Source: Schizochytrium sp. TIO01 (lineage: Eukaryota; Protista; Bigyra: Labyrinthulomycetes). Taken from it: a stretch of 64,000 nt of DNA. This document shows, in pieces, positions 1-11,049 of this stretch (positions within the stretch are counted from its first letter, which is position 1; each line of letters opens with the position of its first letter). Both the position numbers and the translations under genes were made by a program. Below the pieces are notes generated by a model. That model was given only the letters and a program-made list of their open reading frames with translations, did no database searches and was not told the DNA's origin. The stretch is taken from contig SMSO01000031.1 in the NCBI GenBank assembly GCA_004764695.1, positions 782,436 through 846,435 on the forward strand, written 5' to 3'.

Positions 1-330
1 TAATAAATCATAATGAAGCCCTATGAAAGGTAGTACGTAGAACAAGCGCGTATCGGAATGCTCGTTCAAGCTGGCCATGTAAAAATTTGAGGAGGAGTAT
101 GCGACACAAGCAGGGACTGAAAATGTACAAAGAGGTAATTCACTTGATCACTATAGTCTTTATCGTTGTACTTTGCATTATAGAGACAATTTATATGGGT
201 GGAGAACGATGAGATCTCCATGATGATATTTCTGCTGCTCAGGCCAGGATTGCTATAGCATATTGAAGATTAGGGATTCATATTTGTATGGTTGCCATTA
301 TTGAAAATAAAAGTATTCGTATTTGCATGC
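1..330 (+). mobile_element. Decayed Ty1/copia integrase C-terminal fragment (runs off the left edge)
   Basis: The + strand reads ...YER*YVEQARIGMLVQAG..(W)EEYATQAG (nt ~22-115), resembling the copia INT helix ER..T..E.AR.ML..A.L...W.EA..TA. SYLYGC (~278-296) resembles the downstream HLRVFGC motif. Contains stops and frameshifts. Confidence 0.45.
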
Positions 331-449
331 GCAAAAAGCAGTTGTTACAACATGGACGATAACAAAGCAACTTGAATTCGCTGAAAGAGTAAACCAAGTA
401 ATCGTGACGCTTTACTAGTGAGAGTAATCTTCATTTCCATTTCGTCGGT

Positions 450-2500
450 CATATTTTTGTGTTTGATAATCTTTTGCAGACACTTCATCTCCTACTAGCT
501 ATGAAAAATCAGTGTTATCTCTTCCTGGACCTGCATTGTCCTCCACACCGGCAAAACTTTGGAGCAAGCTCCGGCCGACGTGGACTTGGGTAGTATCTCG
601 GCTTCCCTCGCAGTAGTGGGGAGCTTCTTCAAGGAAAAACAGAGTTTAGCATACAACTTTTGTTTTGTAACAGCCAAACTTGAGCATGAAGTAACAAATG
701 CAGAACATCAATATTTTCACTCTTTGATTCCATATACAAAGGCAGTCGAGGAGATGTCCCCTTCGGTTTCGGTATCAAGAACTTCAGGGAGACTTCACGA
801 TAAGTTGTAGTGCTCAACTTATTTGATAGGTGAAACTATTAAACTAACGAAGGAAGCCATGCAAAACAATGCAATTGTGCCGACTGGCGCAGCGCAATTT
901 CATCTGTGGTCTAGACATACAATCTGGGCTCCCACTAGGTTTTTCGTTGTCACACCTCTTGTTGCCTGACATTGCATCGCAGTTACCATGGGGCATTGGT
1001 CCGGTCTCTCGAACCGGGCTACTCAAGGCCGGGTATCTGTAATGTCCCCGGCCGTTTCAGCTTGTGCAACTTTGGGCGCAATCCGCCATCAGGGACTACA
1101 GCATCACAGTATATCAGTATATATATATGAAATTTACAATTTAGGGACATGTCTATCGCCCGTGCTCCTGTCCTAAAAGTAGGCAGAACTATTCACGGGA
1201 CCATGAACTTATTAAATTCCAGAACTATTTTATCATTTGTGGTATAGAATGGACAGGCAGCCTTCAAGTCCCAAATACACCCCAACAGCAGAGTTTGGAT
1301 AGAACACGGTTGCTTTAGTCCCAATACAACATGTTAAGTTCGCATCCCCTCATCCTGATATCTACTCCTCGTAGCCACTATTTTTCTGAGCCATTGTATG
1401 ACTGATTTAGGGTCACGAATGTAAAGAACCCCCTTGTAGCCACTATAGCCACTCCCACACTGCATTTATCGCCCGTACCGAGCTTTCCTGATAAGTGTTC
1501 TACAAGAACTTGTTTGTAATGCCCCGCTTCGCTGACAGATGCGCTTCCGGTGAATTTTCTATTCGAGTTCTTCCTAATGTAACCGTATTGAGGACTCGGG
1601 TTCTTCACGTGCCGTCCGCCCGACATACTATTTCTGAGTTCATTGTATCTTCTCCAAGTCTTCAAACGGTAGGTATGATAAGCCAGCCTGAGCCCCTGAG
1701 CTCCTGCTTTCCATCTCTGGCCTTACTACGTAGAGGTCCATCGAGAAAAACTGCTAGGTGCTTGGTCTATTTTGCTGGCTCGTGTTCTTGGGTGTGAATT
1801 AGAATAAGATGTGTAAGATGAGTCCTTCGCAATTCTACCTTTGCGCGAAAGCATTTGCAGAAAGATCCATACTCAGTTACATTTACAGACTCCAGTGCAA
1901 ATTGTAATTGACTCGACATTCGGAAACCTGCGCGGCAAAGTAAGTGGTCGCATGCATTTGACCTCAGCTCGAACGTTGAATGTGAAGTTGGATAGAGTGG
2001 GCCCTATCTCGGGTCCTTTCTGTTTCCCGTCAAGGTTCGCAGCAGTCGCTGAACGGAATTTCTAAAACGGGTAAGCCAATGCAGCGCTTTAGATCATTGC
2101 GCTTCAAGAATGGAAATCATTCTCGCCATTGCTGGAAGGATGACTTTCCTGATTCCGGTGGCCAAGACGATTTCTGTTTTCATATGGAAGGGAGCCAGTT
2201 TTTCGATGATGCCCACCTTTTCGGGTACTAGTCTGAGCTGGGGGTTCAATGCAGAGGATTGGTTGGATGAACGGGCGTATAAGTGGCGGATTGCTCGAGC
2301 TCGACTTGATTTTTTGTCTCCAATTAAATCCTTTGGCCCAAGATGATGGTAAATTCTGTAGTTCGATGGAAGTACTTTCAAGGTGGTGGGGAGCGTTGTA
2401 TCTGCGAGATTCACTGGGGCAGGTAACTACATCGTGGGGGGCTTACCTTGCCAGATCTGGGATGGGACGATGGCTACCTGACTTGAATTTACGTATCGCA
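450..2500 (-). mobile_element. Decayed Ty1/copia gag - zinc knuckle - protease - GAG-pre-integrase segment
   Basis: Minus-strand motifs occur in copia order once 1-nt frameshifts are allowed. RKFTG..ICQRSG/HYK..C (1560-1501) is a broken CX2CX4HX4C knuckle; DGG/CAQSCT (1090-1063) is an LDSGAS.HMT-type protease site; LLHA/KFG (~694-673) is an LWH.RLGH-type pre-integrase motif. No intact ORF and no LTR identified. Confidence 0.55.
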
Positions 2501-5500
2501 CGCATTTCCCCAGAAATAATTGACAAAGAACTATTCATTCATCTCAAGTAAAATATATATAAATAGTAAAATAATACTAATAATTAACAAGAAATGGGTT
2601 TGCCAACGCTGGTGACTAGTAGGAATCTTTCTCCTTGGCTTGCCTCCTGGAGTATCGACCAATATGGAGAGCCATTCTTTTTCGAGCGACAGGCAATGAA
2701 TTCAATTGCTTTAAAACTACAAAAAATGGCCCTATCCTCAAACGCGACGATAGAGCTTGTTTTTAGTGAGGATGAAGAGCGGATTCGTCCGTGGTGGGCT
2801 TATTCTGAGGTTTTCCCATGAAAAAACTTTGTAGAAAAAGTAAAAGAGGCGACAGCCAATTTCAGTGACCTGATGATACTTTTTACTTTCGCGACCCTCA
2901 AACAAGTGCGACGACGGCCACATCAAGCTCAAGTTAGAAGCGTAAAAGTGAGGCTGAAGTGGGTAGATAGTAGACGTCAGACTAACTTTCTCCGTAGTTT
3001 GTGTATATTATTTTAGAAAAAAATAATATTAAAAAATTAGAAGCTTGGTTTCTGTCTGTCTGTGTTTGTCTTCTTTCTTTCTTTTTTTAAAAATTAAAAT
3101 TAAATTAAAAAACAAAAACAAAAACTGCAATCAAATAAAAAATAGTCGCGCAAAATTGAATTTCGACTAGCTTCAGTGTCATACATAACATTCCCTTCTG
3201 CTTACTTCAGTTTCCTCCAAGCTCACCGAGCTCTCGAGGAAGCAGCGCTTAAACGAGGCTTGTTGTTAACAACTTGAAGAGTCAGAAACTCCAACCAGAT
3301 GTCCTGAGCCCCAGTCGAGGCATGAATGTAAGCAAACAAAATAGTGCTGACGCAGAAACGAAAACAGAAGGTAAAACTTTAGTCCCTAATATTCTCAAGT
3401 TGCAGCGAGGATACATTTTCAAGTAGGTAATACTTGCTCGTGGTCCTCATGGCGTCCTAGAAGCTGACGATGGCAGCAGAGAAGGGCTCACGTGCAAGCA
3501 CACTTGGAGGTTTTCTCACTTCCTGTTGATCTTGAACAAGAATAATGAAAGTGATCTGAATACAGAATCAAAAGCAATCGCTCCCTGCTTGTTCCCCGAC
3601 GTATTCGCGTCTAGCTGGAGCCCCCCGAGGCCCCGACAAACTTCAAGCTGAAGACCAAGGTATCTAAAAAAACAACCATGCAACCATTCAAGTTGGAGGC
3701 CCATATCATACTCCCACCAAACTGTTGACTAGTCGTGAGAGGGCCAAGCAACGCAGCTTCAATTGGTCAAGGCAAAGACAGCGTTTTCATTCCGTTTATC
3801 GCAAAGACATCAAAGGTGGTGCTGCCTGCATAGTTCGAAGTCCATCAAGCAGCGAACTCCATTCGTGCGTTGCAGCTATCATGCCTTGCATTGCATTGCA
3901 CCAAGTCATCATGCACTGCGAATGTTATCATGCACTGCAGCAACTTGTTATACATGACAGCACTTTATTGGCGCTAGCCGTGCGTGATCCCCCGAGCAGC
4001 CTTGAAGCCTTGCAGCAACAGCAGCAGCAGCACCACCAAATAATAGGCATTGGCTTGCTTTGATTTCATCTTCGTAAGAACTGTTCTTGATGATATCTAT
4101 GCATTTCTGTAAAAAGTTCTAGCAAAACAGCCGACAGGCTGCTTTCTTCGAGCTGCACTTGATCGACAATGGTGGAGGTTCAAACAGAAACCCAGCGCAA
4201 CTGAACGTCTTGGCGTTGCCACGCGAAGCTGCAGCCCAAACAGCCTGGCCTGCGGCGCTGGCTTGGCCACTGGCAAAGGTTGGGCTATTGTCGCCTCTGA
4301 ATTTGTACGCAGGCGGACTATTTCAAGGGACCTTCGCGCGCACCCCCTCTTACCAGTTTACCCTGATCATCAGTAGCAACTCTGGTACACACCGTCTAGT
4401 TACCACGATTGTGGCCTCACGCGCACCCCCTCGGGATAGATCGATTGGGTGGTGCTCCACCAAAAATACTCGCCGCGCCTCCGCAGACGCTCGCTGCGCA
4501 CGCCCCGCATGAAGCCTGGATGGGTGCGTGTCTGCCAGACCCAAGCCTGCTGCCAGGTCCTGTGCTGCGATGGAGAACTGGGCGGCGATCTTCGATTTCC
4601 CCACTTAGGTTTGCCTCTTTTATTCATTTTAACTTAAGTACTTTTTCTTTTCTTTTCTTTTCTCTTTTCAAGAGTTGCTGCTCTTGTCAACAGTAAGTGT
4701 GAAAAAATATTCATGGAATGAAAGGGAAAAAAGAAAAAAGAAAAAAGAAAAAAAAAGAAGAAAAAGAAAAAAAGAATCGATCTTTTGTGAAAGACACGTT
4801 AGCTAGCGTCGCGTGTGACCGCGGCTCAATCTTTGAAAGACTTGGAGAGACTTTGAGACGTTGTATGGATTCTCGAGTCGAAGTTTGCTCGGAGGGAAGT
4901 TTGTGAGATTTAGCAAAAGATCGCTTGATGCAGCACTGTCAGCTGCCTCGAGGGTCCTGGGCTTGCACGCCTGCGATACGTGGCAGTTGGTGGCTTCTTT
5001 GTGAGCCCAGGTCAGTTTTTGACACGAAGTATCAGCGTAGGTGCCGCTACAGAAATGTGTTGTTCTTTGGCTGTTAGCTGATTGACTGCCTGCCCACTGG
5101 CTCACGTCCGAGTGAGTGGCTGGAGATGAGGTGCACTCCAGCGTCCCAACGTCGCCAAACCATGCCTTCATCTGTGCCCCTCGAACTTCACGTCGCTCCG
5201 AGCCTGATTCCCAGATCACACTACGCACAGCTCGTGCCTCCTCGCGGCTGCTGCTTTTGCCTGTTTTGGGTGCTCTCAGCAGTACGATATTCTTGCTATA
5301 TCCGTCTTTCATCGTCTTCTTGCATCCTATGCTTGTTTGTTCGGCATCATTTTCGTTCGAGTTGTAAGAAGCCTCGCGGCTCCGCCTAGCGGAAAGGTTT
5401 CTTTGAGGCTGCTACTTACATCTTGAATTTATTCCTCAAAATTGCCAAGGTTCGTCTTGCGAACGTTGCCATGGAGACCTTGCACAGGACGCTAGTACGG

Positions 5501-8344
5501 CAGGCCATGAAAGGTCTATCCATCCGTCCAGATATCAAGCATACTTGGTGGCGCTTCGTTGTTCGAGGGGTTACAAGGCAAAAAAACCTTTCACGCCTAG
5601 ACATGTACGAGTTCACAGATAACAATCAAGTTTGGGCGTTGGCTAGAGCGCCCCAGCGATTCCTGTACCTCTTAGATTCCCCGAATTAAGATTTTTTCAG
5701 AAGAAACTTGATGTGCACACGTTACTTTTCTACTTCTTCTGGGACTGCGCTTCTGCAATTGGTGATGCTTTACATTATGATTTCTATTTCAACGCCCAAA
5801 ACTACTTGCAGAGTATCTTCCTGCTCATAGACTTGTTTTCTTCATCCTCCAAGTACTGCGCAATGGATATATTGCGTGAACTGCGCCGCGTGCTGTGGAT
5901 TTTCCACTTGTAACTCAAGGGGAAGGAAAGTTTCTTCCAAAGTTAGGGTGGTTCTGCTGGTTTGTAACGATGCGCATAGACTGCTTACCACCCATACTTT
6001 GCTCTAAACGCCCGGCATTCGTTCCCGATTCCAATATGTCTCGCGACAAAGTCGACTCCAGCTCCTCCTCAACCACCACGACAACTTCCATTTCTCAAAC
6101 CTCCAACTTTCCGCTGAGCTGCACCACAAGATGGTTGGTTGCCTTCTGTCAAGTTTTAGGGTCGCTCGCCGAATTAAGATTGTGAAAAACAATTACAACT
6201 CGACATGGAGAAGGATTACAAATTCATTTTTCACGCCGCCATTCCTCTGGCACCACGACCTCGAAGAACTCAAATTTATTGCTTGCTCTGGTCGTGTCAT
6301 TGAGAGAATGTCCCGCAACCTCTAGATGGTCTTGAGCCATGCTCCTTTTCGTCACGCTTGAAGTTGTGCCTTGCTTTATATTTGTAGAAGCGCACTGTCC
6401 TCTCTAACTTAACGCTTGGAATCACCTGCTACTTCTTTTCCATTTCTCGACGTTTAAGCAATCTACAAGACATGAGATCTCTCCTCTTCGCCATTTTTAT
6501 GATCAAAAAAACAGCCCGAATTGAGCCCCTGCCGCTGACGTGTAAACTCCTATAGTGTGAGGAGCGGGTAGGGATGAGAGACGCGACATTGCTTATCACC
6601 GCAATCGCTAAGTTCTCTCGTGAGGTGTTTCAATCTCCAAGTGGGTTTCCATGATCTTTTACTTATTATTATTATTATTTACTAAGTTTGCCAAAACAAA
6701 ACAAAACAAAACAAACAAAACAAAACAAACAAAAAGCAGGAAAAAGGCAAAAAAAAAGCAAAGAAACGCAAAAACTATCAAATGGAGAAGAAATCTACTA
6801 TACTCTCTTGCATCAGAGTCGAGTTAGGATTCGTGGCGTGCCTTTTCATGTTGGGTACTGTATCGAGGTGGCCGATAGGGACATGTGAATCAATCTAGAC
6901 AATCTCTATACAATAGCTCGTCGATCAAGAGGGGACGGAGTACGCCCCTCGTTCGCTTCAGAAACATCAATGGCGTCAATCTTTATTTCTCGACGGTATC
7001 AGATGTTTTAAAAGAATATCCTCTTAACTTCAATGCACGCAAGAGTTTCATCAAAACAGTTCAAGCTTTCGGTTCTGTCTTCGAAAGCCGTGATGAAGCG
7101 CTTGATTCGAATTTGCATGGAAGCAGTTCAGTTTGTGGTCGTGCTTCATTGGAGTGAAGGTCTAGACGTCGGGCAGGTTTTTACAACGGTGATAGCTCAT
7201 CATAGGCTTAGAGTTGGTTTGTTTTGATGCGCTATTTCGTGGGTCTGTATCATGCAAAATCCCTAATTCACAGTGCCCCACTTTGATGTAAAGGGCTTCG
7301 CTCCAAGCCCAAAATGCCTGAGCCATTGCTTTCAGAAAGCACCCAAGCCGGCCTCTGGGGCATTCACTCGTGACACACCAAGAAGAAGCAACTTTAAGGA
7401 ATTAATTGTATAGAAAAAACGAGTTTGCATTTTTTAATTAAGAAAAAAAAATAGCATATCTGAAATGAAGAGAATAAACCTAGTCCGTTCTGATACCCAT
7501 AATTTTATTTTCGGCATGTTGCAAAAACAAGAGCGTTTGAAGTTGAGGTGCCTCGCTTGTCCTTATATTCCCAATCCATCAAAGGATTCCAAGTGCAGCA
7601 AAGCCTCAACTCAAGTCGCGCTGGTCCCCGTCAGTAGGTACTCATTAGCAAGAGAAGAACAAGTATTTTTCACTCTGATTATAAACAACATAGCTTTTTT
7701 TCTTTTCTTTTTTTAATTTGAAAAACGTTTTAACCTTTAAAAGAAAAGAAAAAGAAAAAGCACGAGCAAAAGAGCATTTGATTGAGATTGCAAATCTCGC
7801 GAGAAGCAAACCCTGAATTCGAGCAGACTTTGCTTGCAAGCAAACTCGAAACTCAATCAAGCAATCAAGCAATCAAGCACACGGGTGCATTCATTAGCTT
7901 CACCTAGAACCCTAGCAAACGCCCTTTGGCACTGGCTGAGCAGACGAGTTCGTATCGTCGGTCAGTCTTGGTTCCTAATTAGCTTTAGGCCGCACAAACT
8001 GTCCGTCTGGGGAACAATTCCTAACGCGCATTATACCAAGGATTAAAGTTAGAGGGGTGGGTACTCCAGCTCGGGAGAAGACTTTGAAGCCAGGAGTAAC
8101 TCTCACATCCAAGCAAGTCCCTGCGTTGGAGAATTCACTTAGACTTCTTTTTTTGCGTGGACTTGATAGCAAGCAGTAGAAGCACAGGCGAGAAATTGGA
8201 GGTGGTGCACTGGAACAGGGAGCAAGTAAAGGCAAGCAGCGCTTGTACGGTCTAAGTCCCAGTGCTTTCTTTATAAGTTGGGGAGCAAAGCTGTGTAGAA
8301 GACAAAGAGTAAAGGAAGAAAAGAAATCGAAACGAAAAGTCCCA

Positions 8345-9652
8345 ATGCTTACGCCACGTTCGCAGCTCGGGATGGATGTGAATCAGTTCATTCTCGATCG
8401 CCTCTTGCAAAATGGCATGCCTGGTATCCATTTACCACCCGCCTCATCCTTACAACTTCAGCAACAAACTCCATCAGCACAGTCACTGAGGCAACACGAG
8501 CATCACGAACTGGAGCAGCGTCGGAGGCAACAGGTAGAGCAACAAAAGCGCCAGCGTCTGCAACAAATTATCCTGCAAATCATGTCTCATCAACAAGAGA
8601 AACGGCGGAAGCAGGAATCTCCTCGCCAAGGAAATGAGTCTCCGACACCCTTGAGCGCTGCAGCGCAAGCATTACTTGAAGTGCTTTCGGCTGCACGCCA
8701 GAACAGCGGATCATCATCTTCCTCGTCTTCATGCTCCTCCCCGACACCAGGACACTTGAAGCAGGAGACCCCAGTTGCAAGAGCCAACTCACACTGGTCT
8801 AGCGAGCATGAAGCTGCGCAAAAACATCTCAGTATCCTTGATCATACTAGTACATGCGAGAATGACAAGTGTGCTGTGGAAGGCTGCAGTCAAATGAAAG
8901 CTTTAATTTCGCACTGCTGGCATTGTGAGCAAGAATCTAGCTGCACTGTTTGTCGTCGCTTTCATGGACTCCTTGCGTTGCACTCAAGCGGATGTAATCG
9001 ACTCTTAGGCACTTGCTTTGTTCCGTGTTGCCTTCAATTCAAGTTACTGTCTGCCACTACTCCGCAAACCAACTTTCTTTCTCAGAATCAATCTCAACTC
9101 TATCAACTTCAACAACAACTTATGCAGCAGTGTCAACAACAGCAGCAACAACAACAACAACAACCTCAATCGTGTAATCAAACTCCGCTCAGAAAACCAC
9201 CACATCCGCTGTTACCGCACTCTAGCCCTCACTCCAGTTGTCCTTCTCAACGACTAGTTCTGCTGCAACACGCTGGTTCATGCTCTGCAGCACCTGGTAC
9301 TTGCAAAGTTTGTCCTCATTGCGATGTGATGAAGCGTAATCTAGAGCATGTGTCTGCTTGTGAAAATATGACCTGCGGTGTGGAGTTCTGTGCGTTATCT
9401 AAATATGCGTTGCACCACTTCTATGAATGTAAGGCAAGCACCTGCCAGGTTTGTGACCCCGTTCGTAATAGTAGACTTGTAGAATCTCACATGCGTACCT
9501 GCATCTCGTGCCTTACATCCCGAAGTATGACAAAATCAAGCCTTCCTAGCATTAACGAGTCTCGAGCCACCATGATGGAAGAATCAGACGAGATCATTAG
9601 TACACGCATTGCTGCTGATGCACTTTCAGCACTAGCGTCATCTTCATCATGA
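8345..9652 (+). CDS. Dual TAZ zinc-finger, polyQ-rich putative transcriptional adaptor (435 aa, intronless)
   Basis: Long ORF whose first in-frame ATG is at 8345 (alternative 8372). TAZ domain 1 (~8813-9043, HTSTCENDKCAVEGC..HCWHCEQESSCTVC..HSSGCNRLLGTCFVPCC) has CBP TAZ2-type spacing. TAZ domain 2 (~9248-9466, QRLVLLQHAGSC...CPHCDVMK..HVSACENMTCGVEFC..HFYECKASTCQVCDPVR) has CBP TAZ1-type spacing. Linkers are Q-rich; no bromodomain or HAT domain. Confidence 0.92.
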   Translation: MLTPRSQLGMDVNQFILDRLLQNGMPGIHLPPASSLQLQQQTPSAQSLRQHEHHELEQRRRQQVEQQKRQRLQQIILQIMSHQQEKRRKQESPRQGNESPTPLSAAAQALLEVLSAARQNSGSSSSSSSCSSPTPGHLKQETPVARANSHWSSEHEAAQKHLSILDHTSTCENDKCAVEGCSQMKALISHCWHCEQESSCTVCRRFHGLLALHSSGCNRLLGTCFVPCCLQFKLLSATTPQTNFLSQNQSQLYQLQQQLMQQCQQQQQQQQQQPQSCNQTPLRKPPHPLLPHSSPHSSCPSQRLVLLQHAGSCSAAPGTCKVCPHCDVMKRNLEHVSACENMTCGVEFCALSKYALHHFYECKASTCQVCDPVRNSRLVESHMRTCISCLTSRSMTKSSLPSINESRATMMEESDEIISTRIAADALSALASSSS

Positions 9653-10586
9653 ACATAAAAGACTCCGGAGCTAAGCTATATATGTTGAAACCAGCTAGCA
9701 AGCCATTGGATTGTAGACTCAGGCTGCATTCTATGCTTACATTTGAACAAAGCCTTTCCTGTGTACATGGACAGAGAATACTCACCTTTCGCTTCGTACA
9801 ATTCACGTGTTGAAGACTAAATTAAACTGCGTAGTAGTACAAATCTAAATTTCGTGCCATTTCTTAGCCTTTCAAATCAATCTTTGTATTTGTTGTAGTA
9901 CATACCTCTTCTCGATTTGTGTTTGCGATTATGAAACAATTGCATACGCTTGTTATTCACTAAATGTCTTGTCTCCCTTGATAGTGATTCCTTACCCAAA
10001 AGCGTTCCTGACCACCACAAAGGTAATTTCTACTCGACTGTTTTTAAATGGAGATATGTGAACGAACTTCGTTCCCACAGGCCAGGCCACTTGCAAGATC
10101 TCGGCGTCAGCTAATACAGTCTTTGTTATTTCCTAGAAAGAGAAACCTGCACATCCGCCCTTTTATTGCTGCTGTGCTTGCAGAAAAATTAATCTGGTTA
10201 GTTATAGGTTGACTATGAAGATGAGGGCAAGAAGCTTGAGAAAGGGTGATAGACTTTCGTATTAAGAGTTAGGGATCTTTTGTCCTTAGCATTCAACTCT
10301 GACGCAAACGGAAAAAAGTTTTCATAAGAAGACTAAGGCAAACTTGATCTGTACTAGGCACGATCAAAGGGGTTAGCTTAGCTCATCATTTCAGCTATCA
10401 ATTCAGATTTCCCCCAATATTTGACTCTAGCCAATGTGTATGTATATTTTTGTTCCACGACTTCACAACCACACAAATTAAGTTGTCTAGGTTTATTCTA
10501 TTCTATGTAGGTACTAAGTCCTTGAGGTCTTACAATGAAGCCCCTAGAATTCTGGCAATGTCTAGTCCACTAATTTCTTCGATTGG

Positions 10587-10759
10587 CGATTTCAACCAGG
10601 AACGTTGGCGCCCTTGTTGCTCTTGATAGGCCCACCCATGATCACGCTAGTGTGCACGTCTCCAGTAGCAGCATCGATTTCTCGTGTCATGAACGAAAGA
10701 CGTCCGTCGTCGACAAGGATAACATCACCAACGTCTACGGTCTCGGTAAGACGATTTCA
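10587..10759. repeat. 8-bp direct repeat CGATTTCA (10587-10594 and 10752-10759) bounding the PK fragment; candidate target-site duplication
   Basis: Exact 8/8 match at both borders of the PK-like sequence, 165 bp apart. Confidence 0.8.
10595..10756 (-). pseudogene. pyk: Isolated pyruvate kinase gene fragment (beta-barrel B domain, 54 codons)
   Basis: The stop-to-stop frame reads NRLTETVDVGDVILVDDGRLSFMTREIDAATGDVHTSVIMGGPIKSNKGANVPG, matching the pyruvate kinase signature L...V..GD.IL.DDG.L......V..GG.L.S.KG.N.PG. No start codon and no other PK sequence seen nearby. ~52% GC by hand count, higher than the flanks. Confidence 0.9.
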
Positions 10760-11049
10760 GCAGTGCTGACTTATGCACAAAATTCCACACGAAACCACCC
10801 AATTCAGTTAGGAGTGTAAAAACGTTATGTTGTCTTTGAGAATGAGTCATGTCCTTGACACGAGGCATCTAGTTATTTAGTGATGTGTGTTTAATCGAAT
10901 TCGTTTTGGGTCAGTTGAGTCTGTAGAACTCATCAATTATAGATTTTCTTGATGCCTCCTCTGAGGTAGTACTATCGTATAACACACGTAGGGCTTGTCA
11001 GGACAAATAAACCTCTGTTTTTCATCCCATGAGTGATACAATTATGTTT

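Larger units (their letters stand above)
9900..11030 (-). mobile_element. Decayed Ty1/copia reverse transcriptase / start of RNase H (arm A), interrupted by a pyruvate kinase fragment
   Basis: Minus strand reads L*DLKDLVPT (~10535-10505; copia FEMKDLGP), KVYH(P)FL (~10258-10238) and ADA/DLASG (~10112-10085; RNase H SDAD.AG). Clear nucleotide similarity to the + strand copy at 11350-11915; a hand alignment of 10277-10215 vs 11605-11668 gives 51/64 identical. Confidence 0.65.

Noticed and set aside
8243-8344. ORF-track N-terminal extension of the TAZ gene from a TTG start
   Set aside because: Non-ATG start in a eukaryote; the segment is A-rich and contains a TATA-like TTATAA (~8271), so it is more likely promoter/5' UTR.
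10583-10819. 78-aa + strand ORF
   Set aside because: Antisense shadow of the pyruvate kinase fragment.
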